A DNA stretch of 60,498 bases from Candidatus Fokinia solitaria (GTDB taxonomy: Bacteria > Pseudomonadota > Alphaproteobacteria > Rickettsiales > Midichloriaceae). Shown piece after piece: positions 1 to 9,700 of this stretch (positions are counted from its first letter, which is position 1; every line of letters starts with the position of its first letter). The position numbers were made by a program, and so were the translations under genes. The notes under the pieces were generated by a model. That model had not been told where the DNA came from. It saw only the letters and a list, made by a program, of their open reading frames with translations, and searched no databases. The stretch covers positions 1 through 60,498 of the forward strand of contig CAMCJK010000001.1 of assembly GCA_945875075.1 (NCBI GenBank), given 5' to 3'.

Positions 1-2
1 GT

Positions 3-320
3 ATTGCTTATAAACAACAATATGAAGAAGCACTTAATGTACTTAAAGGTCAGAAGGAGATGCCAAATTGGGTACCACAAGAAATTAAGGGATGTGTTGT
101 AGAGTATCAATTGAACCATTCACCTGCATGTAGATTTGAGCCAGCTAAAAAGTGTCTTTTATATATCATTAGCTTTATAGCAAAATATCTTTGTAGCAAT
201 AAAGTGGAAAATGAGCAAGCACATACTGAAATTAATAAAGCCAATCCAAGTAATCAAAACTTCCAAAACTTTGTTACAAGCAAATCGGAAGCACCAAAGG
301 ACAAAATTAAACAGATGTAA
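3..320 (+). CDS. C-terminal part of an unidentified protein (gene starts left of the window)
   Basis: The frame of the 60..320 ORF stays open back to nt 3 (IAYKQQYEEALNVLKGQKE then M at 60). No motif recognised. Its stop overlaps the tyrS stop by 14 nt (convergent). Confidence 0.3.
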   Translation: MAYKQQYEEALNVLKGQKEMPNWVPQEIKGCVVEYQLNHSPACRFEPAKKCLLYIISFIAKYLCSNKVENEQAHTEINKANPSNQNFQNFVTSKSEAPKDKIKQM

Positions 321-1548
321 TAAAATTCAATAAGATATTTTTCTTTTTACCAACTGAGAGTTTAATGTATTGAGTACCTTGAGCTTTCAGAACTAATTTC
401 TCATCTAACACCAATATATCATTCAATTTTACTCCCTTCCCAATAATTAGTTTTTTAGCTTCTGAATTGGAACTTGAAAGAGATGCTTCGACTAATACCC
501 TATATAAAGGAATGTCTTCAGATATATTATAAATAGGGAGATCTTCTGCATTTAGTCCCTTTTCAAAGGTATCTTCTGATGTCTTACGAGACTTCTTAGC
601 ACTTTCAAGGTCATGACAGAGAGATGTAGCATCATCTGCAAGTCTCTTCTTTAAATCATTTAAATCCTTCCCATCAACATTATTAAAAGTATTAATTTCA
701 TCAACTGAGATTTCAGTATAAAGCTTCATAAACTTCAAAACATCAGCATCAGCAGTATTTCTCCAGAACTGCCAGTAATCATATGATGATAGCATCTCTG
801 GATTTAACCAAACTGCTCCATTAGCTGTCTTACCCATCTTAGCACCACTAGAGTTTGTTATGAGTGGGGTTGTGATGCCAAATAGTTCAGCTCCTGCCAC
901 TCTCCTCCCCAGCTCAATTCCACTGACTATATTACCCCATTGTTCAGAGCCCCCAAATTGCAACCGACAATTATACCTTCTATATAATTCTAGAAAATCA
1001 TATGCTTGCAGCAGCATGTAATTAAATTCTAAAAAAGTTAGCTGAGTTTCTCTATCTAGCCTATTCTTCACACTATCAAATGTCAGCATTCTGTTGATGG
1101 AAAAATGCACTCCATATTCCCTTAAAAAATCAAGATATTTTATATCTCCTAGCCATTCAAGGTTATCAACTATTGCTGCAGGATTTGGTATATCACTTGA
1201 GAAGTTCAAAAATTTATGAAATGTTTTAGAAAGTGAATTTTTATTTTCCTCTATTTCCTCATTTGTTAGGATTTTCCGCAACCCCTGCTTATCTGATGGA
1301 TCTCCAATTTTAGTAGTCGCACTACCAAGTACAATTATTGGCTTATGTCCATGCTGCTGTAGCTTTCTCATGAGCATTATCTGCATCAAATTACCTACAT
1401 GAAAGGATTTTGCAGTACAATCAAATCCGACATATGCAGTGATTTTTTCTTTACTAAGGATTTCATCCAGACCACTCATATCAGTTGATTGATATATAAA
1501 GCCTCTGTCTTTTAGATCTTGTATTAGAGATGATTGGAACTTACTCAT
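307..1548 (-). CDS. tyrS: tyrosine--tRNA ligase
   Basis: 413-aa ORF with a class I aaRS HIGH-type motif (HVGN) near the N-terminus, a KMSKS-type motif (KMGKT), and a C-terminal S4-like tail. Overall TyrRS layout. Confidence 0.95.
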   Translation of the reverse strand: MSKFQSSLIQDLKDRGFIYQSTDMSGLDEILSKEKITAYVGFDCTAKSFHVGNLMQIMLMRKLQQHGHKPIIVLGSATTKIGDPSDKQGLRKILTNEEIEENKNSLSKTFHKFLNFSSDIPNPAAIVDNLEWLGDIKYLDFLREYGVHFSINRMLTFDSVKNRLDRETQLTFLEFNYMLLQAYDFLELYRRYNCRLQFGGSEQWGNIVSGIELGRRVAGAELFGITTPLITNSSGAKMGKTANGAVWLNPEMLSSYDYWQFWRNTADADVLKFMKLYTEISVDEINTFNNVDGKDLNDLKKRLADDATSLCHDLESAKKSRKTSEDTFEKGLNAEDLPIYNISEDIPLYRVLVEASLSSSNSEAKKLIIGKGVKLNDILVLDEKLVLKAQGTQYIKLSVGKKKNILLNFITSV

Positions 1549-1735
1549 TTATATATTATATTTTATTTAATATCATATCAAATGATTGCAATTAATTAAA
1601 GTTGCTAAGTTTGCAATATATTCATCTTTGAGCCTCTTAGAAATCTTTCTATTAAGAATTTTTTATTCTATGTACTTCCGAGCATTTTTTTATGATGTTA
1701 GTATTAAGTTATACAAACAAAAAAACTTATGCAAT

Positions 1736-2077
1736 ATGACATATACAAATAATATTAATTTAAATCTTTTGCACAATTATCAGATCCATAAAGAGATTTT
1801 AATCAATGAAAATTCAATAATAGTTGACTCATTAATGTTCAACGGTGTTGCTTCAATGACAGCAATTCCTGATGCGAAATGCCCAATAGGTACAAAGTAT
1901 ATAGTTCCTATAGATGGGATTAATGAGTTGAAAGATAAAAAAAACTATATAGCAATTAAGGTAGAAGATCGATGGGTATTTATTAAACCTAAAGATGGAA
2001 TGATTTTTTGGATAATTGATGAAAAAAAATTGGTTGTATATTCAGAAGATCTTTGGACATACTTATCGACAGGATAA
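1736..2077 (+). CDS. DUF2793-like small conserved alphaproteobacterial protein
   Basis: The internal ATG at 1736 gives MTYTNNINLNLLHNYQIHKEILINENS... The pattern HN..L..D.L (x20-30) G.KYIV ... IA...D.W.F..P..G...W..DE..L.V.....W matches my recollection of DUF2793. The 50 upstream codons in the ORF track look like non-coding leader. Confidence 0.5.
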   Translation: MTYTNNINLNLLHNYQIHKEILINENSIIVDSLMFNGVASMTAIPDAKCPIGTKYIVPIDGINELKDKKNYIAIKVEDRWVFIKPKDGMIFWIIDEKKLVVYSEDLWTYLSTG

Positions 2078-2222
2078 AAATCATGCTGTAATTATACACC
2101 ATTGTAATATAAAAGGTTGTTAAAATAACTTTTTGAGTTTGTCCTATATAGTGTAGAAGTAGTACTATTAATATGTAGCTATTTTTTAGCATGAAATTTT
2201 TCACATAAAATTAAAAAGTCAT

Positions 2223-2870
2223 ATGAAAATAAACAAAACAGCAAAGATTAATGCTTTTGTCAAAAATACAAAAAAACTTTTTTTAGGATTGATAATATTT
2301 TTCATTGTTGGTACAACCTTTGTCAACGTATCAGTTGCGAAAAATGAAAAGAAACATGAACTACATAAAGATAAAAATGCGATTGATTATGAGCATATAA
2401 AAACATATTTTACATCTTTTGATTTAAAAAAAGACAATGCAGGATATACCCTTCAATCTGTAGGGAAAAGTCAAGATTGGTTAGAAGGTAGGCTATCTGC
2501 TAGACGATATAAACCTTTTGTTGGCTCATATATAGATGTTGAGACTGCCAATCAAGTTATAAAAGAAATTGTTCTTGAAAATGAAACAAACATAAAAGAA
2601 TGGCTAGATAAAGATGTTGATAAATTCATTTCCTTACATAAGAAATTTGATAAGAAAATAGGTGTCGCAGTTGAAAATAGTGAAAACAAATATCAGGATT
2701 GTAATATTGGAGTTGTTGTGTTGAGAAAGCTTTATAATCAAAAGAAATTTTTCATTGTGGAATCATATCCTGTTTCAAATGACATGCAAAAAATCGATGA
2801 GGGTATTAATAATAGTAGAAACATCAAAGAATATTTAGGACGTAAAGAGAGAGCAAAGATGAAAAAATAG
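2223..2870 (+). CDS. signal-anchored protein with a bacterial RNase A-like (CdiA-CT-type) toxin domain; catalytic His position substituted
   Basis: The N-terminus carries a hydrophobic segment (LFLGLIIFFIVGTTFVNVSVA). The C-terminal 140 aa reads GYTLQSVGKSQDWLEGRL ... GSYIDVETANQVI ... IKEWL ... IGVAV ... VVVLRK ... FFIVESYPV. This follows the layout I recall for the RNase_A_bac family (GHT..HVGK.......R ... SF.....A ... W ... IG ... ILTAYP). Confidence 0.45.
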   Translation: MKINKTAKINAFVKNTKKLFLGLIIFFIVGTTFVNVSVAKNEKKHELHKDKNAIDYEHIKTYFTSFDLKKDNAGYTLQSVGKSQDWLEGRLSARRYKPFVGSYIDVETANQVIKEIVLENETNIKEWLDKDVDKFISLHKKFDKKIGVAVENSENKYQDCNIGVVVLRKLYNQKKFFIVESYPVSNDMQKIDEGINNSRNIKEYLGRKERAKMKK

Positions 2871-3653
2871 ATGATGTTAAAAGCTATAGTTACACTCCCA
2901 ACAGAAGAGTTATTAGTGATTTTCATGATGTTTTGCAGAACAAGTGGAGTCTTTTTACTGATGCCTCCTTTCGGCGATACTAATGTTAAACCTGTAATAA
3001 GGGTGATGATTTCACTCTCAATTTGTTTACTGATTCAAGACAGTTTTTCTGAAATCATAAGACCTTTTGTGAGATCTATTGCTAGTGATACTGTTGCATT
3101 AACTATGACTATTTTCTCCGAGTTGTTCATAGGCATTTCTTTTGCGATTATAGTTAAAACACTGATGTCTGGAGTACAAGTTGCTGGGTTGACAATTGCA
3201 TCTCAAATTGGCTTGAGTTCTGCATCACTTTTTGATCCATCACAGCAATTTCAAAATTCTACTTTTGGTTTATTACTATCTATGCTAGTAACTTTATGTA
3301 TCTTAAAATCTGGTATGTATATGCAAGTCATTGGAGGTATTTATGAAAGCTATAATACGATTCCTATAGGTGGTTTTTTCAATGTATATGATGATTTTAC
3401 TAAACTAATTATTGGATCTGTATCTAAGATGTGGAGTGTTGGGATTCAAATATCAATGCCATTTATTTTAATTAATATTGCTATTATGATTGGTGGAGGA
3501 ATCCTTGCAAAGCTAATGCCGCAGCTGCAGATATTTTTCGTGATTTTACCTGTACAGATTGTTGTTGGTATAATTGTATTTTCAATAATTTTATCTGGGA
3601 TGCTGTTATGGTTTTTAAACTTTCTGTCTTCTGAAATAAATTTGATATTTTAA
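2871..3653 (+). CDS. fliR: flagellar/type III export gate protein FliR
   Basis: 260-aa polytopic membrane protein. The N-terminus FMMFCRTSGVFLLMPPFGDTNVKPVIRVMISL is typical of the FliR/YscT family. Its start abuts the stop of the preceding gene (TAG ATG). Confidence 0.75.
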   Translation: MMLKAIVTLPTEELLVIFMMFCRTSGVFLLMPPFGDTNVKPVIRVMISLSICLLIQDSFSEIIRPFVRSIASDTVALTMTIFSELFIGISFAIIVKTLMSGVQVAGLTIASQIGLSSASLFDPSQQFQNSTFGLLLSMLVTLCILKSGMYMQVIGGIYESYNTIPIGGFFNVYDDFTKLIIGSVSKMWSVGIQISMPFILINIAIMIGGGILAKLMPQLQIFFVILPVQIVVGIIVFSIILSGMLLWFLNFLSSEINLIF

Positions 3654-3675
3654 TAAATCTTTTTTATAATTTGAA

Positions 3676-5031
3676 ATGAATTTATCTATAATATTGTTAG
3701 CTGCAGGGCATGGGACTAGAATGCGCTCTAACACACCTAAAGTACTGCATAAAATTGCTGGGTTTGCTATGTTGGAGCATGTACTATCAATTGCAGCGTC
3801 AATACCAGCTAATCATCCAGAAGTTACTCTAAAAAATATTGTTATTGTTACAAGTGAAGCTTTAGAAGATAGCCCTTGTTTTAAGAAAATCATACAAACA
3901 TACAATAATTACAGCATCAAAACAGTAGTACAAAAATACAAATTTGGTACAGGGCATGCGGTGTATACAGGGCTTGCAAAAATAGCAAGAGATGGCTCAG
4001 GGATGACACTTATTATGTATTGTGATGTACCATTAATAACTCTAGAATCAGTTTTGAATCTAATAAAACATATCCAGAATAATAAATATGATGTTGTTGG
4101 GACAGCTTTTGAATATATCGGTAATAAACCATATGGCCGATTTGAATTGGATGACAGTGGTAATGTCATTAAAGTTGTTGAAGCATCTGAGCTAGATGAT
4201 GTGAAATTTATAAAATCAAATCTTTGCAATGCAGGGATGATGATTGGAAAAAAAACCATCATAAAAGATTTTGTAGATAAGAAATGCTGGGATATTAATC
4301 ATGAATTATTTGAAAGAGAAGTATATTTAACAGATATATTCCAAGCAAGTAAGAGTGGGTATATTAAAATTCATGAGGATGAAGCTATAGGTGTTAACAA
4401 TCGTGTTGAGTTGGCGGCAGCAGAAGCAATTTTCCAACATAGAATGAGAGAGCGTATGATGTGCAGAGGTGTGACTCTTATATCTCCAGAGACTGTGTTT
4501 TTTGCAGCAGATACAACTATTAGCCATGATACAATAATTCATCCATATGTTAGATTCGGTACTGATGTAGAAATAGGATATAGCTGTGAAATTAAATCTT
4601 TTTGTGATATAGAAGGTGCTACAATAGGACATAATTCATCTGTCGGTCCATTTGCTAGAATCAGACCAAATAGTCAATTAGAGGACCATTGTAAAGTTGG
4701 TAACTTTGTTGAATTGAAAAATGCATATCTTGCTACAGGAGTTAAAGCATCTCACTTAGCATATCTTGGTGACATACATGTTGGATCTAATACAAATGTT
4801 GGAGCAGGAGTGATAATTTGTAATTATGATGGTGAAAACAAACATCATACAACAATAGGCTCTAATGTACAGATTGGTGCAAATGCTTCAATAATATCAC
4901 CTAGGTATATCGGAGATTCTTCTAAAATAGGTGCCGGTAGTGTGATTACAGACGATGTAATGGATATGGAAGTCGCAATAGCTAGAGCTAGACAAGTGAA
5001 TAAAAAAAGAAAGGGCAAGGTCCCTTCCTAG
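3676..5031 (+). CDS. glmU: bifunctional UDP-N-acetylglucosamine pyrophosphorylase / glucosamine-1-phosphate N-acetyltransferase
   Basis: N-terminal LAAGHGTRMRSNTPKVLH nucleotidyltransferase motif and C-terminal left-handed beta-helix hexapeptide repeats (IGSNVQIGANASI, IGAGSVI). 451 aa. Confidence 0.95.
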   Translation: MNLSIILLAAGHGTRMRSNTPKVLHKIAGFAMLEHVLSIAASIPANHPEVTLKNIVIVTSEALEDSPCFKKIIQTYNNYSIKTVVQKYKFGTGHAVYTGLAKIARDGSGMTLIMYCDVPLITLESVLNLIKHIQNNKYDVVGTAFEYIGNKPYGRFELDDSGNVIKVVEASELDDVKFIKSNLCNAGMMIGKKTIIKDFVDKKCWDINHELFEREVYLTDIFQASKSGYIKIHEDEAIGVNNRVELAAAEAIFQHRMRERMMCRGVTLISPETVFFAADTTISHDTIIHPYVRFGTDVEIGYSCEIKSFCDIEGATIGHNSSVGPFARIRPNSQLEDHCKVGNFVELKNAYLATGVKASHLAYLGDIHVGSNTNVGAGVIICNYDGENKHHTTIGSNVQIGANASIISPRYIGDSSKIGAGSVITDDVMDMEVAIARARQVNKKRKGKVPS

Positions 5032-5033
5032 TG

Positions 5034-5546
5034 TTATGAGATAAAAAGTTCACCCTCTACGTATTCAAATTCAAAGTCTTGATTTGAACCAAATTCTTGA
5101 TTTGAATCAAATTCTTGATTTGAATCATTTGTAATGAAGTGATCGAAAGCTACATTAATAGCAAGTGCACCTATAGCATCAAATCCTAATGCTTGATATT
5201 GATCGAAGGTTATATTCATGCTCTTCAAAGCTGCTGCTACACAATGATTACTAAGAGCCTTCACACCAGCAAAAAGAGATGGAGCTCCGTGTATAAATCT
5301 TGAAGATGCAACTGCTGTAACTATATTAGCTATATTCTTATCTATTTCATAGATTGGCAGCAGGTTAGAAGCAGCAACTGATAATGCACTGCTTGCAACA
5401 GAGAACCCTAACATTTTTAGAGTTTCTGTGCTCCAAACATTTCTTGTGATGGCGTTGGACAGCAGATACTTTCCAAGTGTTGCAGCAGTAGTGCTAACTA
5501 GTGCGACACCAATAAATTTTAAATATTGTGTTTGTGTGTTTGACAT
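5034..5546 (-). CDS. hypothetical Ala/Ser-rich hydrophobic protein with an acidic C-terminal hexapeptide repeat
   Basis: 170-aa ORF. Its tail is DSNQEF DSNQEF GSNQDF EFEYVEGELFIS, encoded by three 18-nt tandem units (about 5071-5124). No family recognised. Convergent with glmU, with a 2-nt gap. Confidence 0.5.
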   Translation of the reverse strand: MSNTQTQYLKFIGVALVSTTAATLGKYLLSNAITRNVWSTETLKMLGFSVASSALSVAASNLLPIYEIDKNIANIVTAVASSRFIHGAPSLFAGVKALSNHCVAAALKSMNITFDQYQALGFDAIGALAINVAFDHFITNDSNQEFDSNQEFGSNQDFEFEYVEGELFIS

Positions 5547-5634
5547 TTTTTTATTTATTATTTTTTGTTAAATTAAGCGTACTATTATGTACAACATTCA
5601 TTAATATATATTATATGTATTATTATATTAACAT

Positions 5635-6642
5635 TCATCTATTAATTGATATTATTTTACAAATATTTATTATTCTGTTAGAAAACCCCCACTCATTATC
5701 ATACCAAGCAGCAACTCTATAAAGCATATTATTAACTGATTTTGTCTGAGTTATATCGAATATTGCGCTATATGTTGTGTGATTGAAGTCTATTGAGACA
5801 AGTTGTTCATCTATTATATCAAGAATATGTGGCATTCTTAAAGATGCTTTTTTCATGATTTCATTTATTTCATCAACTGATGTTTGCTTATTTGTTGTGA
5901 AAGTCAGATCTACCATTGAAACATTTTGTACGGGCACTCTAACAGCAACACCATCAATTTTACCACGTAATGTGGGTATTATTTCTCCTATGACTTTTGC
6001 TGCGCCAGTTGATGTTGGAATGATTGATGACTCAGCAGCTCTACCTCTTCTTAAATCTAAGTGCCTTGAGTCAATCAAACACTGATCATTTGTATAGGAG
6101 TGCACTGTCGTCATAAATGCACTTGTTATTTCCACTGCTTCATGAAGTGGTTTGATCACTACTGCTAGGCAGTTTGTAGTACATGATCCAACTGATATAA
6201 CCTTACCAACTATGTTATCTGGCACATTGTTAACACCAAGGATCACAGTCGCATCTGCATCAGTACATGGTGCCGAGACTATTACAGCTTTAGCGCCATT
6301 CTTTATGTGATTATATGCTTGAGCTTTTGAGTTAAAAACACCAGTACATTCTAAAACAATATCAACATCATATAAGCTCCAATCAATAGAATCTATTGCA
6401 GAAATATCTGAGATTGCTATTATATGATTTTTATATGAAATCGAATTTTCTTGCGCTAAAATTCTATCATTAAGACGTCCATGTATCGAATCATATTGCA
6501 GCATATAAGCAGCCGTCTTCGGAATGAGTTTATTGCTATTAATTACAACAATCTCAATGTCAGAAGTATCCATTAATGCTCTTGTGACACACTTACCAAT
6601 TCTGCCAAGTCCATTCACTCCAACTCTTAAAATTTTAGCCAT
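5635..6642 (-). CDS. gap: glyceraldehyde-3-phosphate dehydrogenase
   Basis: N-terminal Rossmann motif VGVNGLGRIGK and the catalytic SCTTNCLA motif. 335 aa. Confidence 0.93.
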   Translation of the reverse strand: MAKILRVGVNGLGRIGKCVTRALMDTSDIEIVVINSNKLIPKTAAYMLQYDSIHGRLNDRILAQENSISYKNHIIAISDISAIDSIDWSLYDVDIVLECTGVFNSKAQAYNHIKNGAKAVIVSAPCTDADATVILGVNNVPDNIVGKVISVGSCTTNCLAVVIKPLHEAVEITSAFMTTVHSYTNDQCLIDSRHLDLRRGRAAESSIIPTSTGAAKVIGEIIPTLRGKIDGVAVRVPVQNVSMVDLTFTTNKQTSVDEINEIMKKASLRMPHILDIIDEQLVSIDFNHTTYSAIFDITQTKSVNNMLYRVAAWYDNEWGFSNRIINICKIISINR

Positions 6643-6745
6643 AGAATATAGAATTTTAATTAAATAACTATATTCAAACTATCAATTACAAATTCAAGTG
6701 TCAAACTGTTTATGGCTTTACACCAGCCTTAATGGCATACTTAAA

Positions 6746-9700
6746 TTAGTGTAACAACTGTATATTATTATGTAAAGATATTTGTCGTGATGGACCTTTA
6801 ATCAACTCATCACATTCCTTTATAAGGTTAACATTAAATTTTGGAACTTCCTTCCACCCATACAATTTACCTGCTAAAGCCTTTGAGAAGGCCTTTGTAA
6901 TCTCATATCCAGCCCATGTTATCTTAATGACTGCACCATTTGGCTGATTTTTTAAAGTCTTACCACCAGCAAAACTTCCTGCTGCTAAAATATCTTTAAA
7001 ATTATTCTGATCTTTTAAAGTCTTACCACTAGCAAAAATTCTTGCTGCTAAAGTATCTTTAAAATTATTTTGAGATTGTATTAGCTTTTCTTTACTACCC
7101 CATGTTTTATCGTTTATTTGAAGTGCTTGAAAAATATTTGCAGCTATTGTATCGGCTTCTTCTCTGGCTTTATAAGCAAATTCTTTTGTATGCCCTGTTG
7201 AGAGAATTGTACTAAAATCTTTTTGGTCATTTAGAGGCTTTTGTGACTCATAAGCTAAGATATTAGCAAGCATTGGTCTCGCTATATCATATTTTATTAA
7301 TGCCTTGAGTCGCTCATTTTTAATCACTAAATTGAAGCAATCACCAACACAATTTCTTTCAACCAATTCCTTGCTAAGTTTTACTAAATCTTGTGATATG
7401 TCTAGATTTCCAATCATTGTTTTCAAATCTCCGCCAAATGTTTCAAAATAAGTTTCAACTGCACCAAATGTTTCTATTTCTGTCTCTAAAACTGTTTTTA
7501 AGGTTTGTGCATCAAGGTTGTACATAGCATCATGTAGCTTTTTATTTCCTGAGTACAGCAAACCACTTGCTTCTTTTATTGCTGATCTTTCTGCAAATAG
7601 CTCATGATTTTTATTAATAACTTTAAGTACATCTAAGTCAAGATTTTCTAATTCACTTTTATGTTTTTCAAGAGAAGGTTGCATAATAATGATATTTTCT
7701 ATCAAAATACTCTTATTTGATAATTTATCTTTCAATAAATCTTTGATTCCTTCACTTGTGAAGCTGTTATTTAAATAAACATTACTAGAGGGCATGAGTG
7801 GAAATAATGTTGCTTGTTGATATAGTAAGCCACATAAACCTGTGTTTTTATCTCCAACTAGTTTATCTAATACAGTACTATTGCCCAATATCTTTTGATA
7901 TTCCAAATCCAATACATTAACTAGTTCTAAAGTTGCATTATAGATCTTTTCAGCATCATCTAGGCGATCTGGAATTGCCAAATATCCTTTTCCAAACAAC
8001 TTCAATATTATTTTTTTTGCAATGTCATTTGCTAATTCATTCTCTAGCTGGCTAGAATATTCTGTAGCCTTCTCAAGACAATCCACAGTATGATTATTAC
8101 CACCTCTTGCAGCTTCAGGCCTCATTTTACCAGCTGCCCTATTGCAATACCATTGCTGTAACATTTCAGACATAGAATGATTTTGCAATGCCTTTAGATT
8201 ATCTGTTGCAGGAAACTTTCCCATGATCATATCATATTCTTTACTCTTTCCACTATTTGAAAGCTCATCATACAGTTCTATTTTTTGCGCATCATCAGTT
8301 GTAAGTTTACTGACAATATTTTGTATATTCTCATACTCTGCTGATTTCAGAATATTAATAAAATCAGACAATTTTTGATCATCTACAAGCCCATTTTGTA
8401 CTTTAAAAAATGATATTAAATCATTTTGTTGTGCTCCATTAAGCTTAAGATCATTTTTCGCAAATGCACATACAATGTTAAAAGTCTTTACATCAATCAC
8501 TGACACATCATTAATCTTATTAAGCATTTCATTGGCGCCTTGTATTCTGACTTTATCTTTAGAATATATAATATGATTAATAGGATGTATTATGTGTTCT
8601 AGAATCAATTGTTGTTCTGCGTTCAACATGCTTAATAATCCCTTGAGGAATTCTTGATCTTTTGCATAGTGCCCAGAAAGAATATTTTGTACACACTGCA
8701 TTTGAAGGCTTTTTAGTGCTGAGGCATTGTCATTTAGCTTAAAATCCCCAGTTCTGATTTGTACTGCAAAGTCTTTTAATACAGATTCTGAAATACCTAT
8801 ATCTTCAAGTTTCTTAGGTAATTGTTTCATTATCATTAATTTTGATGGAAAGTCTTCACCTAGAGCCTGCTTAATAAGTCTAGAGCCTTTCCCTGCTAAA
8901 TATTGTAAATTTTCATATTTAATATTATTCTTATGTGCTTCTACTATCAATGCTTGAGAGAACTGCATTCCTGTCGCCTTTGAATACTGTATCAGGCCAT
9001 ATATAAGCCTTGCATCAACTGGATCTTTTATAACACTGGAGTCTAATACAACATCTTTTAATAGTGCATTTATATCAAGTTTCTGACTTTCAGCCCTGTC
9101 AATAAATGTTTGCAAACTGTCTATATCAAATTTAGCGCCATCAAGCTGGATATCTTGTGTAATAATACAATTATTAAAAGAGCAATTATAAAACTCACTG
9201 TTCTTTAAATTAACATCGTCCAACGTTGTTTTCTCAAACACAATACCTTCAAATGTGGCATTTGATAAATCAACTTTCGATAAATCCTTGCCAGCAAGAG
9301 GATAAACACCAAATGCCACAAGATTTTTGTCCAATATAGCTTTTACATTAACTTTTTCATTTTCTGCAATTTCACCTCTTGCAATGCTCAAGTCTCTCTT
9401 AAATTGTTGAACTATCATTTGGTCATTATTAACACTAGGCCTACAATATTCCATAACGATAGAGTTAACAGGGAGATGTATTAGTCCATTTAAACCCCCT
9501 ATTATTGAATTGAGTTTCAAGTTTTTAGCATAATTATATAGTGCCCCGCTAATATTTGGTTGAAGTATAGCTACTAAGATCGCTTTTATTTGCTGATTAC
9601 TCAATAATGTTTGAGTGGTTTCTGGTTCTTTACGTAGCTTGTCCAAAATCAACTTAATTATATTGTTATACCTTATATCAGGTATTATCTGATTAATTAT

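Noticed and set aside
1586-1735. N-terminal 50 codons of the 1586..2077 ORF
   Set aside because: This is a low-complexity Phe/Leu/Tyr-rich stretch with an alternative start codon. The conserved DUF2793-like part begins at the ATG at 1736.
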